A stretch of 64,000 nucleotides of DNA from Eledone cirrhosa. Lineage: Eukaryota. The stretch covers positions 62,001 to 126,000 of the forward strand of contig CAXHJY010000708.1 of assembly GCA_964016885.1 (NCBI GenBank). Reading direction: 5' to 3'. The notes beneath the pieces were generated by a model. That model saw nothing but the letters and a program-made list of their open reading frames with translations. It did no database searches and was not told where the DNA came from. Numbering within the stretch: position 1 is the first letter of the stretch; every line of letters begins with the position of its first letter. Shown piece by piece: positions 39,600-53,189 of this stretch. Both the position numbers and the translations under genes were made by a program.

Positions 39600-40180
39600 T
39601 TTAACCCCGAAATATTAGGAAATAAGAAACTGTAGCATGCGACAGCGGCCACACCTCGATAAACCGTCTTGGCTGGCGGGCCGAACCAGGTTGAGGGTAG
39701 CCGGACGGGTCTGAAACCTCCCGGTGAGTTAGATAGGGGATGCCTGAACCTGCATGCGAAGACTGGACCCGGCGGAGTGAGTGGAGGAGGTCAACATCGT
39801 CCCAACGGTCACTAAGGCGGCGACAGCAAGCGGTGTGGAGCGCTAGGGCACGGCAAGGCACCACAGACGTCGTGGCCATCCAGTGCAGCCAAGGAAGTCT
39901 CTGGTCGTGACGGTCCTCCGTACCACCAGATTCTGGCTTCTGTGGCCGAGTGAGTGGGACCGTCACTGTGCACTGGCCCTCCCACTATAAACCTTTCCCG
40001 CACAGGTTTCTTCTTTAGCATGCACTCCCAAAGCCATGCGGCGATGGGCGAGAGGTGGAGGTAATCCCTCTGGGAGTTGCCAGTCTGACTCCGGTCTCTT
40101 CCCCTGTCCCCCACTGTCTCCGGACCTGCAAGTCAAGGATCGGCCTCCACAGCCACCTTCGTGCCCACGGCAGACGGGAA
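39600..40180 (-). mobile_element. Decayed Tx1-like ORF2 C-terminal fragment
   Basis: GC-rich; AAWLWECMLKKKPVRE and ALHTACC..DRWDDVDLL loosely parallel SLAWQCYRGALPVRE / HALVHC..DLWGYVERLL at 59385-60179. Confidence 0.45.
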
Positions 40181-40418
40181 CAACAATAAAGAAGATATCA
40201 TCGTTTACGATGGACAACCAAGAAGATTAGGAAATATAAGGTAAAAGTGTAAATTGCTGCTTTGCTTTGTTTTATTTCACGCTCGTTTCCAAACTCCTTT
40301 ATTTCCAACTTGCATTGTACCAGAATATTGAAAAGATTGAGATGGGAGTAGGACAAGGAGAAGTGTGTTGGTGCATAGAAGTGACTGGGAGAAGGAAATA
40401 AAGAAAGGCGACATACAA

Positions 40419-40535
<117 letters not shown>

Positions 40536-40801
40536 CTTCACCCTCATCAGCTGTCACCTCTCCGGGGATTGTCTTTCTGCCGACCGCTGGTCTCTGTCCT
40601 CTGAGAGGCAATTTTGCCCATCGCTGTCTTTGACAGCATTCGACTGTTTTAACAGCTGTTCTCGCGACAAGTTTTCTCGTTTTTCTATGTATGTATATAT
40701 ATATATATATTTATATATATTTATGAATTAATAAATCACATGAATACACCAATTCAAATAACGGGAACCGAACACTTCTATAATCTCCTCCCTCCCCCTC
40801 A

Positions 40802-40832
<31 letters not shown>

Positions 40833-40867
40833 ATAAAAATAGTCCTTCATCACAGATTTTATATATA

Positions 40868-40905
<38 letters not shown>

Positions 40906-40910
40906 GATAT

Positions 40911-40970
40911 GATCCTGTTAAGGGTGAAAGCAGTGATTCTTTGCTTAAACTTTAATCTGTTATTTTAATA
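40911..40970 (+). mobile_element. 60-bp 3'-terminal copy of the PLE at 31-3673
   Basis: gatcctgttaagggtgaaagcagtgattctttgcttaaactttaatctgttattttaata matches the reverse complement of ~34-93; (TA)n flanks. Confidence 0.88.
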
Positions 40971-41064
40971 TATATATATATATATATATATACGTAGGTC
41001 CCGGGTTGAGTCGGGGATAACCACAGTAAGTAAGGTATTCAATACATGGCAGAGTAAAAATTTG

Positions 41065-41182
41065 TTTATTTTATAGAAGGAGCTTCTACAGGACTAGTAC
41101 TGTTTCATTCAGATGAAATCTTTGAAGATTTCATCTGAATGAAACAGTACTAGTCCTGTAGAAGCTCCTTCTATAAAATAAA
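41065..41182. repeat. Perfect ~58-bp-arm palindrome made of HHR 3' portions
   Basis: Right arm TGAAGA-t ttc atct gaa t-GAAA-cagtactag-TC-ctgtag; centre ~41123. Confidence 0.9.
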
Positions 41183-41189
41183 AAATAAA

Positions 41190-41229
<40 letters not shown>

Positions 41230-41259
41230 TCTATCTATCTATCTCTCTATCTCTATATA

Positions 41260-41299
<40 letters not shown>

Positions 41300-41371
41300 G
41301 CATATATATATATCTATATTTATATATATTTATATATATATATATACATATATCTATCTATCTATACACAC

Positions 41372-41424
<53 letters not shown>

Positions 41425-41453
41425 TATATGTGTGTGTGTGTGTGTATATGTGT

Positions 41454-41510
<57 letters not shown>

Positions 41511-42292
41511 TACGTACATATATATATATATATGTGTGTGTGTGTATACACATATACATATATGTATGTTGAGTAGACCTATGATCTAAGTAGTTCTAAT
41601 CAGATTCTTTTCTTTCTGTACTCTCATTCTGTTATAGGTGTTGCTGTTGCTACAGCTATTGCGCTGTTGTTTGATTTTATGTTATTTCGCTGCTTCTGAG
41701 AATTAATACAATTTATACCCACTAATATGTCCAACTATATTATGCTCATTTATATAATATGATTTGAGCGGGGATGAAAACGGGATGTTAAAATAGGTTG
41801 ATCAAATTTCTATACTTAGACCGGAATCTTGTTAATCTACATTTTAGATAATTCTTTTTCAACTTTTGACATTCGGTATATTCAGAGGATGGCCTAGGCT
41901 TGTACAGCTGCAGCATTATATTCTGTCAAAGAGACTTGACCTTTTCCTATTCCCCATTGTCCAGAGGATCTAAATGTAGTAATTTAAGCTACTATTTTCT
42001 AGTCGAAGATTGGATTTGGTTTTCATTTTTGACTTGTCTAGCAGATGTAGTTTATTGACTTACCAAATATTTTCACATTTATTAATCACATCATTAGTTC
42101 GGTTAAGGCCTGTTCGCTCATATTATGATATCAATGCCATATTACATCCATGAAACTTCTATCCTTCCTTTGAGATGCCATCTGTTTACGAAAAGTGCAA
42201 ACATATCGTGTAGAGTTTCACAGTTTTACTATACATTCTGTTACCATCACTGGTATTAATTCAACGATGCCGAATCATTATTCTTATATTTA

Positions 42293-42480
42293 GTGGATTG
42301 GCAGTATCGGTAGAGAGTCGGACGCCATGCTTTCCAGCATAGTTACGTCCCTTTACGGTCTGAGTTCAAATCCCGCCGAGGTTAACTTTGGTCGATAAAA
42401 TAAAACGGGGTCGATAAAATAAAGTACCAGTAATGTACTGGGTAATTGATGGCCTTGTGCCAAAAGTAGAAACAATTATT
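42293..42480 (+). mobile_element. SINE-1 copy
   Basis: Match to consensus with small internal rearrangement. Confidence 0.9.
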
Positions 42481-44028
42481 CTTATATTTAGAAATTCTTC
42501 CTTAATTAAAACCTCTCAATCTCTCTCCAATTGGTCTTATGCGATATTTTGTGGTCTGATTTAATAGATTGTTGTTACTATGTGTGTCGCCGAAACCGCA
42601 ATGATCTAGTATTTTAGTGAGAGCAATTGATTTCGAGATCGGCATCGTAAGTCAAAAGCCATTTTACCAACTCAATAGCGTTATCGTTATTTTTACCTTT
42701 TAGTTAAAAGTAATGGCAGATATCATAACCTTTTCAGAGCCCCCATGGGTGCTAAGGGAGGAGGGAAGAGAGAGGAAGCAACCTGTCCAAATGTTTGCTA
42801 CAAAGTGGATTCCAGTGTTGAAAAGCGTGGTGGATTAAGTCTACCATTTAAATTGATCACGGTGGGATTTGAACTCAGAATATAAAGAGCAGAATCAAAT
42901 ATCCCTAGGGACCCTGTGTTACGCCCCCCTAACGATTCAACCAGTCTACCATTCTAGACTGTTTATTTACAGATTCCGGAAGGATTAAAGTAAAGTTGAT
43001 CTCAGTAGAGTTTGAACTCCGAGGCAAGGATACCCCCCCCCCCAAAAAAAAAACCAAAACAACAACAACAGCTATATTAGGGGCTGATCGGTTTCGACTA
43101 ACGAGAGTTCGACATTTTGACCATGAATGGAACTCAGTGTTGGAGTCAAGATATGAACCACTGAGTCTTCAGCCGATTTCTCTGTATCCAATTGACTTTG
43201 TTAATAAAGACAAGGAACTTAAATCTGATGCGTGGCAAATTCTATATGAAGAAATGTTTATAAAAATATGGTTGTTAAGACTCACAATAACGCTTGCTAG
43301 AAAGAAAGGGTTGTTAAACTGCAACGTAGTGCAATGATTGTTAGACTGTAATCGTTATTAAGAATGTAATGTTTGTCAGAATGCAAAGGATTTTAGATGG
43401 CAATGGCTTTAAAACTGTTACAATTATTACATTGCGATGATCAGTAAACCATTATAAGATGGACGTTTGCCTTCAATTTAAAACTTCAGTCACTTTGCTG
43501 GCTACTTTTTACCACTTTATCCATTAATAACCACTTAAGAAAGCAAACTGTGAGTTGAAAGATAATGCAACTGCTCTGAAGTAAGGAAGCATCACCTCAT
43601 TAATGGGCGACAGTTAGGGAATGGGATAATCATATTAATATCATAGAAAAACATTGACTTAAAATTATTTCTGCTACTTTGCTGATGTTGATATGGGTTA
43701 AAACTTTAGATGGTGGTTCTAGCACAGCAACAATATCACTCTGTTGGATCTCCGTCGATTCTAATGATAAGTGTTCCAGTTGATTCCGCTAACGGAACAG
43801 CCTGCTCGGGAAATTAACGGTTCTTTTTCAGAATGGAATACTATGTTGAATAATCGTCTTACTAGTCTCTAATAGTAACATCTTATCCATAGGGAGAGAA
43901 ATACATAGATATACATACACATAGACAGACAAACATACATACATGATATATTCGCATATACACACTCTCTCACACATTCACCAAGAATGACCTGAGAAAT
44001 TCTCCAAGAAATTTTTTTTCGTTTCTGC

Positions 44029-44061
<33 letters not shown>

Positions 44062-44075
44062 GCACACACGCACGC

Positions 44076-44125
<50 letters not shown>

Positions 44126-44137
44126 ATATATATATAT

Positions 44138-44300
44138 AATTGTTTCTACTTTTGGCACAAGGCCAGTAGTTATCCCAATGTATTACTGGTACTTTATTTT
44201 ATCGACCCCGTAATGATGAAAGGAAAGGCAAAGTTAACCTCGGCAGGATTTGAACTCAGATCATAAAGGATCGTAACTCTTTACTGCCAATCCACCGCCC
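44138..44300 (-). mobile_element. SINE-1 copy
   Basis: Match to consensus. Confidence 0.88.
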
Positions 44301-44596
44301 TTGAGCTGAAATAATGAAAGACATCAGAAGTGTTTACCAATCAAAACAAAGAACAACTTCAAATGCAAATCAAACCTATAAGGAAATACCAGTGTCCAAC
44401 TGGAAATTCACACGACAAGATGTCCCCCACACCAGAGCTGTTAAATCCCGCATGAACCTATTCCTCTCTGGCACCTATCGTAATTTTGTCCTGGCGCCCG
44501 ATGAGAGCCCAGTATTGTAACGGCTTCTCCACAATATAGTGGTGGCCATAATTGGACCCCGAAAAATAAGGTCGCGCATACATGTTCAGTGTATAA

Positions 44597-44607
44597 AATG
44601 TTAATTC

Positions 44608-44655
<48 letters not shown>

Positions 44656-44663
44656 GAATTAAC

Positions 44664-44704
<41 letters not shown>

Positions 44705-44712
44705 GAATTAAC

Positions 44713-44751
<39 letters not shown>

Positions 44752-44759
44752 GAATTAAC

Positions 44760-44830
<71 letters not shown>
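44597..44830. repeat. Compound repeat agtagaattaacatt-(AT)n x3 with an inverted copy at the left edge
   Basis: aatgttaattctact at 44597-44611, then three agtagaattaacatt units separated by (TA)n. Confidence 0.9.
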
Positions 44831-44834
<4 letters not shown>

Positions 44835-45277
44835 ATACTTGGGGAGGGTCATATTTGTGTAATATTACCAGAATTAATAACAGAACGCACTCACTGTTTG
44901 GTTGGTTTTCGCTTTTCGCTTCTGTGTCTTTTATATCGGTAATCTAATTTATTCGGTCCTCAATGTTGCCATTGACTGACCAGCGGTCAAAAATAATACA
45001 GATACAATATAGACACAAACACATATATATAGTTTATCAAAGTTCTTTCGTTGCACATCTGCAACATCATCAGTGGTGCTATTGTTTCCTCCCGTTATAT
45101 TGTATTTTCTACGCCATCTTTATTTAGTCTGTTTATATATTTATTTGTTTGTTTATTTTATTTTGTCTTCTTTGCGCATGCGTTTGCGTGTGTGTATAGT
45201 GTTTTGTTTGATGTGTATAACAATATTTGTTTCGACACACGATTTTATTTTGTCTTCTTTGCGCATGCGTTTGCGTG

Positions 45278-45350
<73 letters not shown>

Positions 45351-45353
<3 letters not shown>

Positions 45354-46023
45354 ATTAACTCAAGGATGGATGTGGATATATTCATGTATATGTGTGTGTC
45401 CGTATGTATCTGTGTGTTTCTCAATATATTGTTTATATCTCCCTCTGGTCGAGTAATCTTTGAAGTGTAGTGACTGCTGGAAAGCTGCCATTACTCATAC
45501 TTCTCGCCTCCTTCGCATACTTCTACGGCTTCGATATAAATACCCCCTCCGCCTCCGTGGTATTTTTTTCGGGGTTATAAGGGGCTTAGCTCTCTTTCTT
45601 GACCGTTGTATCACGTGACTGACTCCCTCTCCGCCTTTTGGAATTCTATCTCACATCATATAGACGTGTTCTTGAGGCTAGTAAAACGAGGTATCCTCTT
45701 GATAAGTCGGCAGACTTCGCAAGAGCTCTATATCTCTATGATGTATTGTTTTTGATTATGCCACGAAACTACGTAGTCGAGGAATCTAGAGGCAGTTTGG
45801 GTATGATACATCTTATTACTAATTATATCTAAATGTTTCTTCTCTCTTCATAATGTACTTTTAGCTCTGATACTGGTCAGTCTAATCCATTCGGATTGGT
45901 TTGTCCCAGTTATTCATAGAGCAACATCGGTTAAGGTTGGCACCATTAACTCAAGGATGGATGTGGATATATTCATGTATATGTGTGTGTCCGCAAGTAT
46001 CTGTGTGTTTCTCAATATATTGT
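45351..46023 (+). mobile_element. Non-coding HHR element with ~80-bp terminal direct repeats (retrozyme-like)
   Basis: 45351-45432 repeated at 45942-46023 (period 591); (TA)n both sides; central HHR; no credible ORF. Confidence 0.8.
45694..45783 (+). ncRNA. Hammerhead ribozyme, U3-A8 core, extended stem II
   Basis: tcctc-TTGATAA-gtcggca..tgccac-GAAA-ctacgtag-TC-gagga. Confidence 0.82.
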
Positions 46024-46061
46024 ATATATATATATATATATAGTGTGTGTGGCCTAGTGGT

Positions 46062-46095
<34 letters not shown>

Positions 46096-46271
46096 CAATT
46101 TCATTGTTAGCTTTTCATCTTTGTCCATAGGAGTTGGAGAAAATATTGGTTGTTCAGGATTTTTGTTAAAGAATCTTAACATTATATATGACGTATCTTG
46201 GAGCAAAGTTTGAAATAAGTCATAAATGTAATAGGTATAAATCGAAGTTGTAGCCGCAGTATAGCAGATAC

Positions 46272-46383
<112 letters not shown>

Positions 46384-46453
46384 ACCCTGTGATAAACAGG
46401 CGAAACTCTAGAGTAACAAGACTCACATTTTAGCCTTAATATATATATATATA

Positions 46454-46600
46454 GGAAAATGTATGACCCCGACGGCAGAACGTTTCGACGGCTATTTCTG
46501 GACTAAATTAGAATTTTTAGCATGTCCACTCTACTACCCTAAGTATTGACTACTCTGGTGCATTATGGTCCATCTGGTTCCTTACCAGAACTCCTTCGTT
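46454..46600. mobile_element. Family A head-to-head junction of two different termini
   Basis: 46454-46520 matches 5467-5540; 46526-46600 is the reverse complement of 9784-9858. Confidence 0.82.
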
Positions 46601-46684
46601 ATATATATATATATATATTATATATATATATATTATATATATATATATTATATAAGATCAAAAGATGGTTAAAAGAGTTCCAAG

Positions 46685-46755
46685 TATTTTATTATGCGCA
46701 TTTCAAAAACAAATATCATCACGGGATGATATCTGCGTTTTCATCAGATAAAATA
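46685..46755 (-). ncRNA. Canonical-core type I hammerhead ribozyme
   Basis: tattttat-CTGATGA-aaacgcagatatcatc ccgt gatgatatttgttttt-GAAA-tgcgca-TA-ataaaata. Confidence 0.9.
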
Positions 46756-46808
46756 GGGATACATGATATGAAGCTTAAAAAACACTTGTGAATAGTGAAG
46801 TTTTAAAT

Positions 46809-46917
<109 letters not shown>

Positions 46918-46980
46918 TATATATATATGTGTGTGTGTGTTGATTTAAAACTTCACTATTCACAAGTGTTTTTATATATA

Positions 46981-49504
46981 TCTATATATATAAAGGGAAG
47001 ATGGACATTGTTTGGTGTTCCGAACTTGCATGCTACACCGTTCATCTAATTTTCATGAAACCTCACACATATATAAAACTCAACGCGTAGAGTGGAATAG
47101 GCTTCTTGAAATTTTCGAAAAATCGATAATCGGGCCCTATGACAGAATGTTTTTCTATTCCAATGAAATTTTATGTGAATTCGAACACAAGAACTCTTAG
47201 TTTACATCTGGCGCAATAAAAATAAATTTCATATGCCCATATAAGGACGTGCGTTATTGATTGGACGGCCAGCTGCATGTCTTCCCAGCTGTCTCAGTAA
47301 ACGACCGACCATTAAAGAGTTTTATCTTTTCATATTCCACCTTATTCAAGTGGAAATACAGTATTATCCCTATCTGAAAAGGGAACCAAATTTAATGGTG
47401 TCTTTTGTGATGCTAAAAGCTGTGAGTAAATTTTCAAACAGTCTTAAATAATCATGCTTTTTGAAAAAAAAAATTACTAAATGATACGTTGACCAAGTTG
47501 TATTGTACACATACAAAGTTGTAAAAAATGTTACGTCCGTACCAATGTTTTCCTTTTTTAAACAAAAGATTCTAAAACATTACTTAATTTATAATACAGT
47601 CTTTTGCACAGGAAGTGAGTAACTTTTCGGCTGTTTAAACGTAAGTTCACCAGGGTTTGTGTCTTCATTATTAGCCCACCTCTAATGGCATTTTTTGTTC
47701 TGCTTACGACTAAATGTTATAAGCGTATTTGCAATTAATTGCGCACACGTGCACACCTGCATGCAGATAGACACTGACAGCCAATAAAAAATCGATAACT
47801 TGCTTATTAAGATATCGGTCAAAAAGAGAGATTGAATGTACTTTAGAACATTTTTTGAATATATTGTTCTTTTTGGCATGATATGTCAGAAATATAGCTA
47901 TTATACACTTTTGTTATTTTTTGTAACTAAAAAACGGTTCCTTTTGGGTGGATACTTAACGAGAAAAATCCTAGGGTTTGGGACAAGTTTGTTTCAGGCG
48001 CTGTATAGATGCCTATTTTGTCACACCTTGGTCATGAATTCGTATTCTTTTCCAATAGATATTTTCCGCTCTATAAGGCTCACCAATATATAAGGCGTAT
48101 CATTTAAAATCAGGACCACGCAACGGCGTGTAAGGCCAACCAGGAAAATGCTATCTTCTTTACTTTTAGTCTAGATCTATTACTTCTGTTAAAGCCGTGA
48201 TTGATTACCATTGTATTATTTATACATAAGGCTCACCGGAGTATAAAGCGCAGAGCTGTTTTTTGATTAAATTTAATTATTTTAAGTGCAATTTATAGAC
48301 CGGAAAATTCGGTAAGTTATTGTAATCATATTTCCAAACCTTCCCATTCACCAGTAACCATGCTAACGAATCTGGTGTCATCTCTCTCTGTATTTAATCA
48401 CCTCTCTCTAACCTAACAGCTTCGTTACACGTCGTTATGCCCACACGGAAACGTTCAAGACTTTCCTCAAAAAAAGGTACAGCTACTGCTTTGAGACAAC
48501 GAATTAGGCGTTCTCAGGTATGAGTTCATTCACAATTGATTAATCCTTTATGCAATATTCTCCCTTAATATTAGCAAGTACTGCGTTTATCCTAACTGTC
48601 ACCACTTTTAAGCAACTACAACATTCTAATCGTAGTTATATTAAATTTATTGTCTTACCTTGATTCCCTTTTGTTCATGTTAGACTTTTCTCATTTACTA
48701 TTGACACTGCCATTGGCTTAGCTAACCAGTAGAATTAATTAATTTTCTCTAGGAAACACCTGCTGAGCGCGAATCTCGACTCGCTGATAGACGTCTTTCC
48801 CGGCTGGTTGAGTCACCAACATCACGTACGACAAGGCTTGCTGATGTTCGCCTTCGTCGCCAACAAGTGCTGACGGAGGAATCACCAACATCCCGTCAGA
48901 CGAGGCTTGAGGCTGTGGCAAAGGGCAATAACCCTAGATACAATTTTGATCAACTTTTTTTCACCTATAGCAAATTTACCGGGACAGGTTTTTAGCTACT
49001 CAAATCTACTTCAGAGATCACGCATTGATGTAAAAAATCAATAAAACTGAAGCGGGGCTCGACTTTGCGCAAAAAAACAAGGCACAGTTACACATGGGAA
49101 AACTGTTTACAGGAACGTCCTATATTCTTGAAAACTGTCACAAAAGACTCGCCATTATGCCGCGGTTAAGATAAAGGCTCTTTTAATTCTTCTTCTGCAC
49201 ATGTGAGCGCAAAAATTGTAAAAAAAAAAAAAAACCCTGAAAGTAATCGACATTTTCACCCTGCTTTAAATTAACTGAACATTCAATATCAAGCGATTTT
49301 GTCTTCCGTCAGTCGTGCAGAGAACAATTTCAACGATACACTGTGTAACTACAATTAATAAATTACACACCTATGTCTACTAACCTATTTTTTTTTCATT
49401 GAAGTTCGAAGTTTTGAACCTGTGATGCGCGGGAAGTAACTTTCACACATTCTAACAGACCAAAAGTCGACTTACACCCGGGCAACGCCGGGTACTTCTG
49501 CTAG
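46981..49504 (+). mobile_element. Non-autonomous Helitron (~2.5 kb)
   Basis: A|TCtatatatataaa 5' end; 3' hairpin cccgggcaacgccggg then CTAG|T; no Rep/Hel ORF. Confidence 0.82.
48057..48314. mobile_element. Possible pogo/Tc1-type MITE nested in the Helitron
   Basis: Imperfect TIRs attttccgctctataa / ttatagaccggaaaat; repeated ataaggctcacc subterminal motifs. Confidence 0.5.
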
Positions 49505-50211
49505 TATATATATAAAATCAAGGTCAAGCAAATAGAGAAAAAGTTTTAAAATAAATTTCAAAACATTTTACTGTACTTACTACATGTGCCTTTACCGCGG
49601 TTTCTGATCCCAAAATAAACAGATAATCCAAGCGGATTTCCATATATATATATATATTTATATATATATATATATAAATATATATATTGGCCCTCCCCAA
49701 GTATAACAATATATATATATATGAGAAAAGGAAAAGAATGACTTTACTTGTAGTTCTAAACAATTTAATTTTATAATATTATAATTTTACAATTTTATTT
49801 TGTAGATCTAGTAAGTTCTTTGTTAACTTAGTGGGGAGATTTTTAAAAAGATTCCTGGTTAACTTTCCTGGAGAACTTTCTCGCATTCGTCGGTGGCGAT
49901 TGTCAAACTGATTTCAGGTTGTGTTGTGATGTGTGATTCTATATATAAGAGATTTGGGTGTGTCTGGGGAAGGGGAATGTTAATGAGTGTGGGAGTGAAG
50001 GAGTGTTGAGGAATTAAAGCATATATATATACACTCAAGGGGTGAAAGAAAATAGTGAATAGTAAAAACATGATAATTGATTGAGAGTGGAGTTGGGAAG
50101 TGTTGGAGGGTGTTTAAGGAGTGTTTTAGAAAGTGCTGGTGAACGTGCCCTCCTGCTGGTTCCATTTCAATAGACAACCTTTGGGGAGTAAAATACTCGG
50201 AGACAATATAT

Positions 50212-50395
50212 GGTGGATTGGCAGTATCGGTAGAGGGTCGGACGCCATGCTTTGACGCATGGAGTTACGGCCCTTGCCATTCTGAGTTCAAATCCCGCTG
50301 AGGTTAACTTTGCCTTTCATCCTTACGGGGTCGATAAAATAAAATACCAGTAATACACTGAGTAATTGCTGGCCTTGTGCCAAAAGTAGAAATAA
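50212..50395 (+). mobile_element. SINE-1 copy
   Basis: Match to consensus. Confidence 0.92.
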
Positions 50396-50428
<33 letters not shown>

Positions 50429-50432
50429 TGTA

Positions 50433-50495
<63 letters not shown>

Positions 50496-51462
50496 CAATA
50501 TCCGTAGGGTGTGAAAAGGGTAAAAGGAAAAGTGGTCAATCGGGAAGAAAGCAGAAATATTAAATCATTTATTTATGTTCATATATATTATTTATTGTTT
50601 AGCTACAACTTATTTAGAATTATGTTTTAGGTCATTGCGAGGCGTAATTTTCTGTTCGGCTTCGTACCCTTTCACTGGGTGTGCGCGTATGTTTGTTTGT
50701 GTGTGTGTATTCTTATGTGTGTGAATGTATGTGGGCATAAGTGTGCGAATATGTATGTATGTATGTGTTTGTATATGTGCGCTGTCTGCTTGTCTGCTGT
50801 GTATGTGTGGGGGTGCGTAAGTGCTTGTGCTGTGCGTGTAATGTATGTGTGTGTGTACTGTGTGAGTCTATGTGTGAGTTTTTGTGTGTGTGTGTATGCT
50901 TGTATGTGTGTGTATGCTGCATGTGTGAGCTGTGTGTCTATGTGTGAGTTTGTGTATGTTGTGTGTGTATGCGATAGCTGAAGTATATTAATCATATGAA
51001 ACAGTTTCTGTTGAAATGAAATAAAAAAAAAGTTCTCTTTGATTTCCGTTCATTTAATTAGCTCGTTTAATTCCTCTCCCTCTCCCCTCCGCGATCTCTC
51101 CCTTACTCTCCCCTCTCTCCCTCTCCCCTCCTCTATATATCTCTCTCTCCCTTACTTTCCTCCTCCTTCCCCTTCTAACTCTCTCTTTCACACTCTCTAT
51201 CTCTATCTCTCTCTCTCTCTCTTATAAGAGTCTTGCAAGTATCTAGGAACAATATTTGACAGATTCGATGCATTCTATATGTGACAATTTCTTCTGTTCT
51301 CTACCAACTAAATGCAAGAGTCATGCTTTTACTTCGACAGTTTCCTCCACAGCTGCCACTTAACTGACAATTCTACTTTTCAATGGCAATTTAAGTCAAG
51401 ATTTAAAGAACTCAGCTGTAGGCATTCTGCTAGCATCCTGTAAAGAAAGCTAAGATTTTAAA

Positions 51463-51464
<2 letters not shown>

Positions 51465-51501
<37 letters not shown>

Positions 51502-51780
51502 ATATTTTTAACACACACACACACACACACGCGCACACACACTGATATTTTTAACACACACACACACATACATACATACAGACATTTTAAACATACATCC
51601 ACACAAACGCACACAACTGATATTTTAAATATGCATTCATACACACAGATGCACACTACTATTTTAAACACAGACACACACACACTGATATTTTAAACAC
51701 ACATACATGCACACAGATACAGACACTGATAGTTTAAACCTATATACATACATAAGCACACATTTGCTGATATTTAAACA
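51465..51780. repeat. Degenerate (CA)n-ctgatattttaa minisatellite
   Basis: About 8 imperfect units. Confidence 0.8.
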
Positions 51781-51982
51781 TGCATACACACAGACGCGAA
51801 ATACTTATATATATTTAAACATACACACAAACATACATTTATAAACATACACATATAAACATGCATGTATTCATATCTGGTTACATAGACATTATGTTAT
51901 TTATTTGCTAATATTTTTCACCGAATTAAAAATTAAAAAAACGATTTTATTGCAAAGTTCCTAATTTAAATTCCATATTCTC

Positions 51983-52180
51983 AGACCTCCCAACCTCTAA
52001 AAACCCAAACCGGACGTACCATGAAAACAAAACTACCCCAAAACGGGGAGAAATGAGTCAAAATGGGGAGATTTTACAGAATGAAAGCTATACCCATTTT
52101 TGCAAGAGAAGACATCTCTCACCTCACCCAAAGTGGGTGGGAGATCTCTCCGTCGGATGGGGAGAGTTGACCGGTTTGTA
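51983..52180 (+). repeat. Unclassified dispersed repeat
   Basis: Homologous to 28690-28830 and 39278-39470. Confidence 0.8.
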
Positions 52181-52807
52181 TTCTCCATAATGGTTTCTGA
52201 TTGGGGAAAATTGTGGCCAGTGGTGGAAGAGTCGATTATACTGACCCCCGGGGGGGGGGGGGGATAAGAAATAAAGTCGACTTCGGTAGTAATTGAACAG
52301 AGAGACTAGAGAGGTAGGAAAACTCTACACCGTTGGCTGGGCGGTATAGCTCAGCTTTGCCGCGTGGACAGGATGTTGAAAGCTTTGCCGCAAAGAACTG
52401 CTAGCAATACCCGCTTTATCAGCCATTTCATGTCAAAAGGTTCTTCCTCAAACGTGATATCCATGTTCCGATTTGGTGAGGGAAAACGGTAGCCTGGGGA
52501 CTGAGGACACTGCAGGACTCAAATATGAAGTTACACTTTGATTAATTAAGACAACAGCGAATACTTATATCGTTTATACAAAGTTGTTTTATTTTCACTA
52601 ATACTAGCATCATGACCCTCCCCAGATATAACAATACATATATTTTCTCAAAAACATATACTGTATACATATATACATTTTGATTTATTTTTGTTTTTAC
52701 TTTTTCTCAAATCGCTTCTCTCTTTAATGCTATATTTGTATTGTTTGAACATAAGCAATGTAATTGATCGTTTTAGTCGAAAGCATGTGTAGTGAATTCA
52801 TTATTTT

Positions 52808-52941
52808 TACGGCCCTTGCCATTCTGAGTTCAAATCCCGCCGAGGTTAACTTTGCCTTTCATCCTTACGGGGTCGATAAAATAAAGTACCAGTAATGCAC
52901 TGGGTAATTGTTGGCCTTGTGCCAAACGTAGAAACAATTAT
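52808..52941 (+). mobile_element. SINE-1 5'-truncated copy
   Basis: Match to consensus from box B onward. Confidence 0.9.
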
Positions 52942-53189
52942 TTTTTTTATTAATACATTTATACATTTTTAGTGGTAAACGTATACTCTCAAAATTAATT
53001 GTGTCGTGGCGGGCAACACTTTAGTTTTATAATAATTATTAAGATGAGTTATATAAAACATACTCGGGGATTACCCATAAGATGAAGATGATGACGATGA
53101 TAATTATGGTGATGGGGGCTTTCACGAGAGATGGAAGGTAGGAGGCTAAATTAAGTGCAAGAATTACTGGAACTGGAACAGTGATGATG

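Noticed and set aside
44597-44830. Regularly spaced 15-bp repeats resembling a CRISPR array
   Set aside because: Spacers are pure (TA)n, eukaryotic context, no cas genes
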